A stretch of 64,000 nt of DNA. Origin: a virus. Below, one piece after another: positions 36,977 through 46,344 of this stretch. Where the stretch lies: the IMG/VR virus record IMGVR_UViG_3300030202_002193, positions 1-64,000 of that record; one strand, written 5' to 3'. The notes under the pieces were generated by a model. It was not told the origin of the DNA. It did no database searches and saw only the letters and a list, made by a program, of their open reading frames with translations. Both the position numbers and the translations under genes were made by a program. Position 1 is the stretch's first letter. Each line of letters opens with the position of its first letter.

Positions 36977-39490
36977 TTAGGGTTTTTCCGTATTTATTGA
37001 CAACTTTGCATATTTATCGTTATTGATATTCCAAATCCCTTTATCGCCTTCTTTGTCTGCTGGCTCTTGTTTATAGCCAGTCCAAGCCAACCACATTTCT
37101 TTATCGTCTACTGGGATTACTCTAAAGTGCATTTTAGTTTCAAATTTATTCCCCTTTATGAAATACTCATGGTAGCCATCTCTTTGTATTCCTAGAGTAA
37201 TATCTCCTTCGTCTATTACTTTGGAATCAGGGGAGATGGTAGTAGCGACTTCAGCAGGGAATTTCCCCGCTTTACCGAATAGGTTGAATATATCATCATC
37301 CGAATTAATATCAATAGTCCAATACATTGTCTCTTCAGATAATTTAATCGCAAATGTTAGGTTATCGTCCTTTCTAGAATATACCTTAAACTGGCCCTCC
37401 CTATATTCTGAAGGAGTTTGATATTCTTCTTCACTTAACATTATCTTATCAGAATCCGCCATGAATTTTTTCTCCTTATGGCTAAAAGTAATTCCATCTC
37501 TAGAATTAAACCATTGAGTTAATTTACCCATATTGCTATCCAATATACTATCATATAACCTTCCGACATCCTTAACTAAAAAATTATGTAGTTCTTTCAC
37601 AGTCATAGGCCCTCTTTCTTTCAATCTTTGAAATACTGAAACAGTTAATTCACTTTGTTTAGTTTTCATTATGTTTTCTGCATCGGCCTTCCAAGAATTT
37701 AAATTCATCATAGCATGTTTAGACATTAGATTATCTTCTTCGAATTCATACAAAGCAAAGCCGTCCATAGATTTTAGAATTGCTTCCCCATGAACATAAT
37801 CTGTAATCAGAATTCCTTTTTCTAAAGCCTTGGCCTTGAACTTCAGACTCTTTTTAGTTTCCTTAGATAGCATCTCTAATGTAACTATCTTATCAGGATA
37901 TTCTACTTCGGGTATTTCTATAACACTAGAACCATAAATGGTATATTTCTCACCATTGGTTTTTACTTCGTCCACCTTAACTCTAAGTATGTCTCCTATA
38001 TCTACATCCACTTTGGTATTATTTGCCTTACCTACATTCATATATTTTATTTTATCTAATTCTTTAATGTGCTTTCCTTCTCCTTCTGCCGGACCAGCAC
38101 CCAATGTGTATGAAAACATATTTGATTTTGTTTTCTTTTTATCTAAGACGATTAAATCTAAATCGACAAATTTCTTCCACTTAACCCATTTAGGATTTTT
38201 CTTAGTGCCTATGTAATATGTAGAAGTAATGTCTTTAATAACCACTCCTTCAGCAGTAGGCATCTCCATAATTTCTTTACTATATTCTTCAATGTCTTTT
38301 ATGCTATCCGCAATTCTAGTATCTTTCTTGGAAGGGAATTGCAAATGGTCATCCGAGTGCATGGAATAATTATTGAATAGAATGTTTATTCTTTCGGATA
38401 GTTCTTCTGAAGCCATATTTCTCTCATCATGTCTCATGATATCAAAAACATGAGCCTTTAATTCAGCATCCTGATATTGGTTCTTGAATACATGGGAAAT
38501 AGTATCTGCACGATGTAGGGCTTCTTCTCCATCGAACAAAATTAATTCTGCATCAAGAATACAATCTCCGAAGTGCTTTCTCTTAATTACCTCGACTTGC
38601 CTTTCACATTTGTCAGTAATGTCCTTTTCATTGTAAGAATATATTTTTACATTGTTATCTATCTTGTGAATCTGTATTCTCATACCATCATATTTTTCTT
38701 GAACAACCCATTCTCCGCTAAAGCCTTGTAATTCTTTGAGGTCATCTATCTCAAATATTCTATACATTGGCTTATTAGGTATTATGAAATCTACTTGGGC
38801 CTTTTCTTCTTGAGATTTTTCTGCTTTTTTAATCTCTACACCTAATAGGCGATTCCATTCTTCCTCCGTGTTTTTAGATAGGAAGAATAGTTTTAGTAGA
38901 GATAGACCATTCTTAAATCTAGATTCTATTTTCTTAGAATCCTTTCCATCTCCATAATGCTCTGTAATATATAACGGGATATCTTTAGGGTCTAAGTCTA
39001 ATCCTTTTAGACCAATAGTAATATCGTCCGGCTCTATATCTTTTATTGAATATAATTCATCAGATAAAACTTCATCATCGTTTCGTAGGGCATAATGAAT
39101 AAACTTAATCATAGTCCCGCTATCTTCCATTAATGCTTCTAGGACATTTCCTTTGAAGCGTTTTGCAAATGGGTCTTGAACTTCGTCTGATTCGAAGCGT
39201 AGCATTTTAATTGCATTGTAGACCTTCTCGGCAGTAGGAGTTTCAGGATTCATTGCATCTTTAGATTGTAAGATGTCTTCTGCTAGGTATTGTTCTAGTT
39301 GCCCGCCCAAGTAATCTAAATTATCGTATTCATCTCTTAGGTCTTCTATTGTTTTTCTCCATCTAGAGCCATAGGTTTTAGAATCACTCTTAGCAGATAG
39401 GTAGGCCACTCTAGTCTTTTCGAAGAGAGAGAGGATTTTATCAGAAACGGATTCAGTTTCCTTCTCAAATAGAAGGCCGGTCAGTGGCAT
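36977..39490 (-). CDS. lig: ATP-dependent DNA ligase with N- and C-terminal extra domains
   Basis: QEKYDGMR, ILDAEL, HVFDI, EGVVIK, WVKWK, OB fold. Confidence 0.92.
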   Translation of the reverse strand: MPLTGLLFEKETESVSDKILSLFEKTRVAYLSAKSDSKTYGSRWRKTIEDLRDEYDNLDYLGGQLEQYLAEDILQSKDAMNPETPTAEKVYNAIKMLRFESDEVQDPFAKRFKGNVLEALMEDSGTMIKFIHYALRNDDEVLSDELYSIKDIEPDDITIGLKGLDLDPKDIPLYITEHYGDGKDSKKIESRFKNGLSLLKLFFLSKNTEEEWNRLLGVEIKKAEKSQEEKAQVDFIIPNKPMYRIFEIDDLKELQGFSGEWVVQEKYDGMRIQIHKIDNNVKIYSYNEKDITDKCERQVEVIKRKHFGDCILDAELILFDGEEALHRADTISHVFKNQYQDAELKAHVFDIMRHDERNMASEELSERINILFNNYSMHSDDHLQFPSKKDTRIADSIKDIEEYSKEIMEMPTAEGVVIKDITSTYYIGTKKNPKWVKWKKFVDLDLIVLDKKKTKSNMFSYTLGAGPAEGEGKHIKELDKIKYMNVGKANNTKVDVDIGDILRVKVDEVKTNGEKYTIYGSSVIEIPEVEYPDKIVTLEMLSKETKKSLKFKAKALEKGILITDYVHGEAILKSMDGFALYEFEEDNLMSKHAMMNLNSWKADAENIMKTKQSELTVSVFQRLKERGPMTVKELHNFLVKDVGRLYDSILDSNMGKLTQWFNSRDGITFSHKEKKFMADSDKIMLSEEEYQTPSEYREGQFKVYSRKDDNLTFAIKLSEETMYWTIDINSDDDIFNLFGKAGKFPAEVATTISPDSKVIDEGDITLGIQRDGYHEYFIKGNKFETKMHFRVIPVDDKEMWLAWTGYKQEPADKEGDKGIWNINNDKYAKLSINTEKP

Positions 39491-39496
39491 AAGGCA

Positions 39497-39913
39497 TCAC
39501 TTATAGATAGTCTTTATTGTATTAGCGTCATTTTTTATTGCGAACACTTTTACAGGTTGAATATCGGGTATGCTTCTTCCTCTTTTTGTAGGTATCTTTT
39601 TTAGATTTCTAAAGGACTCAACTTCTCTTTTTCCGTCCTTAAAATAAATAACATCATATCCTATTATTTCTTTTTCTGCCTTCTTAATCTTATATTCCTC
39701 TTCTACACCTGCAAGACCGTAGCCTTCCTTGTCTTGATTAGGAACTTTAATAGTGACATTTTCAGCCTTTGGTCTTTTGACCTTAACTTCTTCTTCATCC
39801 ACTTCCAAAGGCATTCTATCTCTGTTTTCTTCTAGTAGAGTTTGCTTTGCAATTCTAGCGGCTCTAATTGCTCGCTGAATTTTTGCTTCTTCTTTTGTCA
39901 TTCTTTCCGGCAT
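39497..39913 (-). CDS. Hypothetical protein (contains IKKAEK)
   Basis: GGTGA RBS; start refined to MPERM. Confidence 0.7.
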   Translation of the reverse strand: MPERMTKEEAKIQRAIRAARIAKQTLLEENRDRMPLEVDEEEVKVKRPKAENVTIKVPNQDKEGYGLAGVEEEYKIKKAEKEIIGYDVIYFKDGKREVESFRNLKKIPTKRGRSIPDIQPVKVFAIKNDANTIKTIYK

Positions 39914-39914
39914 T

Positions 39915-40106
39915 TTACTCACCTTCGTATTTACCTTTTCGTAAAAGTTTATTAATTTCACCTAGCACTTTGAATCTATCATCATAAGATATTCTACCAG
40001 CCTCTTCTGCTAATATCAACAAACTATTTAATTGAGACAAAACTTCATTAAGTTGCTTCATGTATTCCTTATCGTCTTTCTTAATATCGTAATAATCCCA
40101 AGTCAT
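39915..40106 (-). CDS. Variant-leader protein (MTWDYYDIKKD)
   Basis: Leader shared with the adjacent gene. Confidence 0.7.
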   Translation of the reverse strand: MTWDYYDIKKDDKEYMKQLNEVLSQLNSLLILAEEAGRISYDDRFKVLGEINKLLRKGKYEGE

Positions 40107-40111
40107 TTCAC

Positions 40112-40375
40112 TCACCTATTCTCCATAATATCTTCAACCGTCACTTCAATGAGAGTTTCTTCGCCCTCATCATCTTGTACTTCAGTAGAATATTTTTCAC
40201 CAATAGCCTGTTTTAGAATATCTTCAACCATCATATGTAATTCTCTTTCAGTTATACCGATTTCTTCCGGAAGTACATCTTCTCCGTTCCTTTCCAAAAG
40301 AACGCTAACTCTCATAGACATACTAAATATATCACTCTTTTTTATTTCTTTTTCATTGTAATAGTCCCAAGTCAT
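40112..40375 (-). CDS. Variant-leader protein (MTWDYYNEKEIKKS)
   Basis: GGAGGG RBS; shared leader. Confidence 0.7.
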   Translation of the reverse strand: MTWDYYNEKEIKKSDIFSMSMRVSVLLERNGEDVLPEEIGITERELHMMVEDILKQAIGEKYSTEVQDDEGEETLIEVTVEDIMENR

Positions 40376-40611
40376 CTAGAACCCTCCGCCTTCTTAATTA
40401 TCTTAGCCATATCATCAAAAGACATTCCGCTTACATCGTCCATAGAGAATGAAGATGCCATCTTATTATTCATAGATGGAGTAGGACTGTTAGTTACTAC
40501 AAGTCCTGACTTCATTAGAACATTGTCATTATCGTATGCTACTTTTTCTAATTGTTGTACTCGATTCACTAATTCTTTTAGCAAGAGTAATACTTCGTTT
40601 TCTTCTGTCAT
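40372..40611 (-). CDS. Small protein whose C-terminus resembles the scaffold C-terminus
   Basis: SMDDVSGMSFDDMAKI vs protease/scaffold end SMDDVANMSWADLNRL. Confidence 0.7.
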   Translation of the reverse strand: MTEENEVLLLLKELVNRVQQLEKVAYDNDNVLMKSGLVVTNSPTPSMNNKMASSFSMDDVSGMSFDDMAKIIKKAEGSR

Positions 40612-40946
40612 CTCAAGTCGCCTCCTTTCTTTGGATATACTAATTTTCGAATCTGCCTGTAGAGGGTTTCGTACTCTTTACGGAGTTTGCTGGCCGTGGC
40701 TATTATATCTAGGTTGCTCTCATCCATAGTTTTCATCTTCTTAGATAATGTTTCATCAGACTTTATTAAATCTAATTCTTTCATCATATCCAATAGTTCG
40801 CCTAATTTTGTGAAATCTTGCCCGAAGTATTCCGTAGGCTCTGCCGCCTGTAGGGTTTTCTTAAACGCTTTCTTTTCCTCTTTGTCTAAAGAAGATAATA
40901 TATCTCCTTCTGCCTTAATTATATCTTCATACCAGTCCCAATTCAT
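40608..40946 (-). CDS. Variant-leader protein (MNWDWYEDIIKAE)
   Basis: IIKA and LIKS motifs. Confidence 0.7.
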   Translation of the reverse strand: MNWDWYEDIIKAEGDILSSLDKEEKKAFKKTLQAAEPTEYFGQDFTKLGELLDMMKELDLIKSDETLSKKMKTMDESNLDIIATASKLRKEYETLYRQIRKLVYPKKGGDLR

Positions 40947-40947
40947 G

Positions 40948-42702
40948 TTATTCACCTTTCATTAACTCCTTTCCTTTGTTAGTTAATCGTATAACTTCTC
41001 TTTTTAATTTAAGAACTTCTTTTACCTCTTCTTGTATATCCATCAAATCCTTCTCTGTTAAAGATTTTTTATTTAATTCCATAACTACCTCTAGATTTAG
41101 GTCCGAATCTTCTTCTAAATATAGCGGAGAGTCTAACAAGCCAATAAAATAATTAGCAGTATTTTCTAAGAGTTTTTCATTTTTTCTTAAATATTCTTTC
41201 ATCTGAACCATTTCTAGACCAATTTTTCTTCCTATTGATATTAACATCCTTTCATATTTAGTTAGCGCAGTTATATATTCTCCATAAAACGGTACGGGTT
41301 TTCCATCAACCATTATATTTCCTTTCACATCGTTAGGGTTGAATGTCTTAACTAATTCCTTCATTGTCTTTTTAATAGGTCTAGGCAAAGTTATCTCATG
41401 CTTCAATCTAATTATTTTTTGATTTAATTCTTTTATGTTATTTATTTGGCCGCTATGTTCGTCCATCAGACCGCTTTCTATTTTACTTCTAATGCTAGTA
41501 GAATCCGCTTTTTCTAGAATGGCTAATTTTTCTTTTAACTTGTCTCCTTGTATAGTTATAATCTGTAGTACTCTATTAGCCTCTTTAATGTCGGGTTCTA
41601 ATTCTTTTTTACCTTCTACATATTCTGTTGCGGATAGTTGGCCAAGAGAATCTTCCTTTTCTTTTAATGATTTTAACTTAGTTTTGGTAGAATTAAACCT
41701 CTCCTTCATCTCTTCCAGTTGTGATTTTATTTCTGAAATTTCCCCTTCAATTTTATTTTGGTAATTTACCATTTCTGCTTCTATATCAATAGCCGCATGT
41801 TTTTCCAACTGCTTATTCAGTTCTTTTTTCCTTTCAGTTAGTAGGCGTATTTCCCCTTCAACACCACTAAAAGCACTATCTAAACTATCTTTAGAAATAA
41901 TAGGCCCTTCTACTTTAATATGTGCCATTGGATTTTCCTCTTTTTTAGGCATAGTAATTTTTCTAAGAAGTTGAGACTTTATATTTTTAATATATGCGGC
42001 AATGTCTCCGGATTGCTTGATGTGGAAGGTAGGGTATTCTCCAAAGGACTCTACAAACAGTTCTATTAGAACATCGTATAAAGTGGTCATAATTGGATAA
42101 GGTTTCTCTTCTAAACCAATTAGGGACTCACCAAAAATTTCATCCATGTACTTTGTTATATTTTCAATGTCTGATTCATCTATAGTTATTATGATAATCT
42201 TAGTGCGTTCTTCAGATTCTTCATATTTTATATCCGGAGGTGGAGAGAAATATTCCTGTATTCCATGTAATACTTTTGCGCTTTGTATATTTTCCATGCT
42301 TTCTTCTATAGTAAAGATAGAAGAATGTAGAGTAGATTTAACTTCTTCTTCAAACAATGCAGTTTTAAGCCTAGACTGAACATCTTTAGGATTTATCTTT
42401 GTGTCTTCTGCGTCTTTTATATCGTCAAGGATGTAGTCTACTTCTTTCAATTTTCTAAAAGAATACAGTATTCTTTCTAATTTCAGTTTTGGAGTACCGG
42501 CCCCTCTAATCGAAGAACCTAATTTATTTAATCTAGTAGCCCTAGCCTCAAAAGTTTTATCTTTTTTCATAGACTCTAAAACTTTTAGTGCAGAAACATA
42601 AGTTCGATAGTTTGAGTTTTGGGACTTAATATATTCTTCTCTTCTTTTTTCTGACTGGGTTTGGCCTGTTACAGAATACTTATCTTGTTTCAAAACGGCC
42701 AC
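40948..42702 (-). CDS. Large coiled-coil protein, probable internal head protein
   Basis: 584 aa; begins MAVLKQ; lies between portal and protease. Confidence 0.7.
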   Translation of the reverse strand: MAVLKQDKYSVTGQTQSEKRREEYIKSQNSNYRTYVSALKVLESMKKDKTFEARATRLNKLGSSIRGAGTPKLKLERILYSFRKLKEVDYILDDIKDAEDTKINPKDVQSRLKTALFEEEVKSTLHSSIFTIEESMENIQSAKVLHGIQEYFSPPPDIKYEESEERTKIIIITIDESDIENITKYMDEIFGESLIGLEEKPYPIMTTLYDVLIELFVESFGEYPTFHIKQSGDIAAYIKNIKSQLLRKITMPKKEENPMAHIKVEGPIISKDSLDSAFSGVEGEIRLLTERKKELNKQLEKHAAIDIEAEMVNYQNKIEGEISEIKSQLEEMKERFNSTKTKLKSLKEKEDSLGQLSATEYVEGKKELEPDIKEANRVLQIITIQGDKLKEKLAILEKADSTSIRSKIESGLMDEHSGQINNIKELNQKIIRLKHEITLPRPIKKTMKELVKTFNPNDVKGNIMVDGKPVPFYGEYITALTKYERMLISIGRKIGLEMVQMKEYLRKNEKLLENTANYFIGLLDSPLYLEEDSDLNLEVVMELNKKSLTEKDLMDIQEEVKEVLKLKREVIRLTNKGKELMKGE

Positions 42703-42712
42703 GGTATCACCT

Positions 42713-42940
42713 TCAGAACGGAATGTTTTCTTTTCGGTTGCGTCTTTTCTTAGGAAGAAGAACTACATCGGGAACATCGGTTCCTGTCCTTTTTGCCTTA
42801 TGTGTAGTTCTAGCATCAACACCCGCAATATCAAAGTCCCGATTCTTTTTCACGGTTCTAGTATCTGCGGCATTTTGGGTCTTAATCTTAGATAGTTCCT
42901 TTCTTAGTCGTATTTCTTTTTGTTTCGAATCTTCTGTCAT
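42713..42940 (-). CDS. Small basic protein
   Basis: ORF directly downstream of the portal gene. Confidence 0.65.
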   Translation of the reverse strand: MTEDSKQKEIRLRKELSKIKTQNAADTRTVKKNRDFDIAGVDARTTHKAKRTGTDVPDVVLLPKKRRNRKENIPF

Positions 42941-42941
42941 A

Positions 42942-44582
42942 TCAACCAACTCTTCTTTCTGTTCTTGAATCTACATTCTGATTTCCGGCTTCTCTAGGAA
43001 GTCCAGTAAACCTCTTATCCGGCCCTGTCTCCATACTCGGTTTATTTCTAGTTGCCGGTGGTTGCGATTTTCCGCCTTGTGCCATTTGTTGTTCCATCAT
43101 CTGCCCCATTTGGGAAGCATCGAAATTAGTTCCAGCGTAGGGGTCCAATTCTATTTCCCCTCCTTCTTCACCTTCTCCGCCACCCATTTCGTTTTCTTTA
43201 GGTTCAGGTTTGGAGAAAGTGAAATTTCCATCTTCATCCATTTCAACTTCAAATCCTAGATTTTTAGTAGAGGCCGCAATATTAACTTCTATCTCCCTTT
43301 GCCGAAGTTTTGCTATTTCATCCTCTTCTTCGCTAGGCGGTAGTCTCAAATCCCAATCAGTAATTCCAAATTGAGTAGTTAAGAACGGGAATACATATTC
43401 ATTGTAAACATTCTGTGCCATTTGTACTGCTCGATTAGTTACAAGAATCTGCATACCTTCATTATTTAATCCTCCACTAGCAGTAGAATCTGCCATGAAT
43501 ATTTTACTAACTCCGTAGAATGCAGAAATCCTATCTCTCAAATCATCTTTAACTGCAACATATTCCATTTCTTTTAGACTATCCATAAACTTAATCCATT
43601 CAATAGAACCCTTGCCGCCTTCTGCTTCTATTCCCATTACTGGAATATAGTGAGGGTCTTGTTCCATTCTTTCTTTAACCCCACGCCAAAAACTCATCAT
43701 GGATTCCATGTTTCTAGTTTGAACTGCAAGCATTCCTCTTGGCATCCTACTTTTAGTATAAGAGGCATTTACATAATTTTCCATAGCAAGTAAAGTCATA
43801 ATATGGTTGTATAAAGTAAGAACTGGAGAAAGACCGTATAGCCTACTAGGACTATATTTACTAAAGTGTAATACTTCTCCCTTAATGAAATACTGGTCAT
43901 CTCCTTTTGCTCTATTAACATAATGAACAGGGTACAATGAATCTCCACAAACTTCGCAACTATCATGTGCTTCAGAAGCAATAAATTCTCTATGATGAAT
44001 ACAAGTAAATCCTTTAGTTCCTCTTACACCATCTTCATCTGCATAAATGTGCATAGTAACAGGGTCTCCTCTAAAGATTTCTTTTATCCTGTGCATTCTT
44101 ATCTTCCCATTGCCATCAATATAATATTCCTTGACAAATACAATATAGGCATCATCCATGATATTCAAATCATCTTCTAACTCTTTAAGTACATCAATGA
44201 ATAACTGTTCTGACGAATTGACATATCCTTCCAGAAACTTCTCCGCATATTCTAATTGCTTTACATCGGGTAATTGTAGATTAGTACTTTCACATCTAGA
44301 ACATTCTTGGACGGGCCGTTGGTGTTCTTTACCGCAATCCTGACATCTTGCTTCATAGGACTTCTCCCAAGTATATCCTCTACGGAATACTTCTTGCTTT
44401 AATTGAGTTAAACAAGTTCTAGTAATTACAGAGTTTTGCACTATATTATAGATGAGTGGTCCGTTTAGCATTTGGGCTGGAGTTTTTTCCTGTATGCCAA
44501 TATTGTAGATTTCCCTATCAGTAGGAGTAGGAGTGGTCTTCCTAAATAAATTAGTCAAAGAGAATCTTCGCTTTTCTGCCAT
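42942..44582 (-). CDS. Portal protein with two Zn-ribbon insertions
   Basis: EVLHF...LYGLSPV, PRGML, ISAFYGV; CQDC..CSRC and CIHH..CEVC. Confidence 0.9.
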   Translation of the reverse strand: MAEKRRFSLTNLFRKTTPTPTDREIYNIGIQEKTPAQMLNGPLIYNIVQNSVITRTCLTQLKQEVFRRGYTWEKSYEARCQDCGKEHQRPVQECSRCESTNLQLPDVKQLEYAEKFLEGYVNSSEQLFIDVLKELEDDLNIMDDAYIVFVKEYYIDGNGKIRMHRIKEIFRGDPVTMHIYADEDGVRGTKGFTCIHHREFIASEAHDSCEVCGDSLYPVHYVNRAKGDDQYFIKGEVLHFSKYSPSRLYGLSPVLTLYNHIMTLLAMENYVNASYTKSRMPRGMLAVQTRNMESMMSFWRGVKERMEQDPHYIPVMGIEAEGGKGSIEWIKFMDSLKEMEYVAVKDDLRDRISAFYGVSKIFMADSTASGGLNNEGMQILVTNRAVQMAQNVYNEYVFPFLTTQFGITDWDLRLPPSEEEDEIAKLRQREIEVNIAASTKNLGFEVEMDEDGNFTFSKPEPKENEMGGGEGEEGGEIELDPYAGTNFDASQMGQMMEQQMAQGGKSQPPATRNKPSMETGPDKRFTGLPREAGNQNVDSRTERRVG

Positions 44583-44608
44583 GTCTACACCCTATCCTTA
44601 CGACCCGC

Positions 44609-44737
44609 CTATCTTTTATCAATGCTTCCTTGAGGATTATCCTTTGTAGGCTTCCCTGCTTTGACCCAACAACTGTCACAATATCCATATGGATTCTTTT
44701 GCTTAATAGTGTAGCAAATTCCACAATAAGTACTCAT
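44609..44737 (-). CDS. Small Zn-finger protein, 42 aa
   Basis: GGAGGG RBS, ATGA overlap; MSTYCGIC...YCDSCW. Confidence 0.6.
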   Translation of the reverse strand: MSTYCGICYTIKQKNPYGYCDSCWVKAGKPTKDNPQGSIDKR

Positions 44738-46335
44738 ATTATATTGCCCTCCATATCTATTTTTGTTCCATCGGCTCTAACTTCATGATAACTATACGCA
44801 TTAACTAACCATCCGGTAGTATCACTAATCCAATTAACTAAAGCGTCCTGTATGGTGTCGGTATCATCTTCTTCTTCAATTCCTAATTCTTCGGCAGTTA
44901 CGGCCATTTGCTGAAATAAGTCTAATTCTTCATCAGCGTCGTAATCAACTTCAGTAATTACAAAAGTTCTTTCTTGTTGCTTAACTATCATTCCACCAAT
45001 ATTTTCTAATTCATCCATTATACTCATCTTACAATTATCATGCAACTTTGCTACTGTTTCTATGTCTATACCATCTTTGGTGAAATCAAAACCAACATGG
45101 TCTTTATGATTTTCATATTTCATTAGTTTGAAGATTTCATCACATCTACCCTTATACCAATCAGCCTTCTTGTGTGATTTTTTCATGCGAATTAATTCTA
45201 AAAGTAGTTCTGCGTTTTTACCCTTCATTCTAAAATGAGGTAGGCACTTATTCAGTAATTCCCCAACATCTGCTTGAGAATAAAAGTTTAGGCGATTAAC
45301 AGGCCTAGTATTTTGTGGGGATTTTTGGTCTAAGTGTAAGCGACCGATTCCTAATGCTTTATGAATCTCAATCATAAATGCCTTCCCCCTATCTCCCGTC
45401 GCTACTAATCCAACTCTAGGATTCATGTTTCTATCGACTGTAATGTAGCCATCTGAATCAATGAATGCGGCAGTATAAGCATATATGTTCTTCTTAATTT
45501 CATTATCTAATTTATAATATGAACCATCAATATCGGTTATGTCTAACTTCTTAATTAGTTGAGGAATTATTTTCATCGTATTTCTTTTGTAAAGTCTAGT
45601 CGGCATACTATCTAGGATTTCTCTTGCACTAATTCCTTGGTGGCTACAAACTGCCTTTAGAATAAAATCATTAGTTTCTTCTTTTATTGTTTTACGGATT
45701 TTAGATAAGTCACTAACTTGTTTTCTGAATTCTCTTTTAGCATTATTCATAGTTTTTTGCAAAGAAGAATATTTTTTTCCATATACCATGTCTTTCTGTT
45801 CTAGTTGTGCCTCCCAAAACTTACAAATGGAATCTATCATTTTCCTTCTATTTTCTACATCCTTAATTCCGTGGATTTTTAACAGGTCGCCTTCAGTATA
45901 GCGCATTTGTTGTAGGGCGGGTTTGTATGGTTTGAGCCAATAAATGCTATTTACGCATTTGTCTAAGTGGTCGGAATATCCATCAATTAAGGTATCAATG
46001 GCCTTAGACATCTTATTCCTATGTTCTCCCTTTAGTTTTCTTCGTTCCTTTCTCATTGTCTTGATAATATCCGGAACATAAGTATCTTGAACTAAATATT
46101 TATCAGGAAAAATATCTAAGTGTTTTCTTGCTTGAGAAGCATTGATTCTAAACTCTTGACTTATTTTGGTAATGGCTTCAGATTCATCTACTATGTTCAA
46201 CCCTTGAATAAAACTAGTTAGTTTAATATCTAAGGATTGCTCAATTTCAGATTTAGCATTTTCAGCCTCTTCTTCTAAATCAGCCACCTGCTCTAGTCTT
46301 TGAGCCGCTTCTCTTTTTTCATCCGGAGTTGCCAT
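44734..46335 (-). CDS. Multidomain protein with a single LAGLIDADG endonuclease domain
   Basis: AYTAAFIDSDGYI...LGIGR...LPHFRMK; helical N-terminus plus wHTH; acidic C-terminal domain. Confidence 0.85.
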   Translation of the reverse strand: MATPDEKREAAQRLEQVADLEEEAENAKSEIEQSLDIKLTSFIQGLNIVDESEAITKISQEFRINASQARKHLDIFPDKYLVQDTYVPDIIKTMRKERRKLKGEHRNKMSKAIDTLIDGYSDHLDKCVNSIYWLKPYKPALQQMRYTEGDLLKIHGIKDVENRRKMIDSICKFWEAQLEQKDMVYGKKYSSLQKTMNNAKREFRKQVSDLSKIRKTIKEETNDFILKAVCSHQGISAREILDSMPTRLYKRNTMKIIPQLIKKLDITDIDGSYYKLDNEIKKNIYAYTAAFIDSDGYITVDRNMNPRVGLVATGDRGKAFMIEIHKALGIGRLHLDQKSPQNTRPVNRLNFYSQADVGELLNKCLPHFRMKGKNAELLLELIRMKKSHKKADWYKGRCDEIFKLMKYENHKDHVGFDFTKDGIDIETVAKLHDNCKMSIMDELENIGGMIVKQQERTFVITEVDYDADEELDLFQQMAVTAEELGIEEEDDTDTIQDALVNWISDTTGWLVNAYSYHEVRADGTKIDMEGNII

Positions 46336-46344
46336 AATATCACC

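Noticed and set aside
36960-44630. Shared late promoter motif AAGCATT upstream of the protease and portal genes
   Set aside because: Only two short matches in AT-rich DNA; insufficient support
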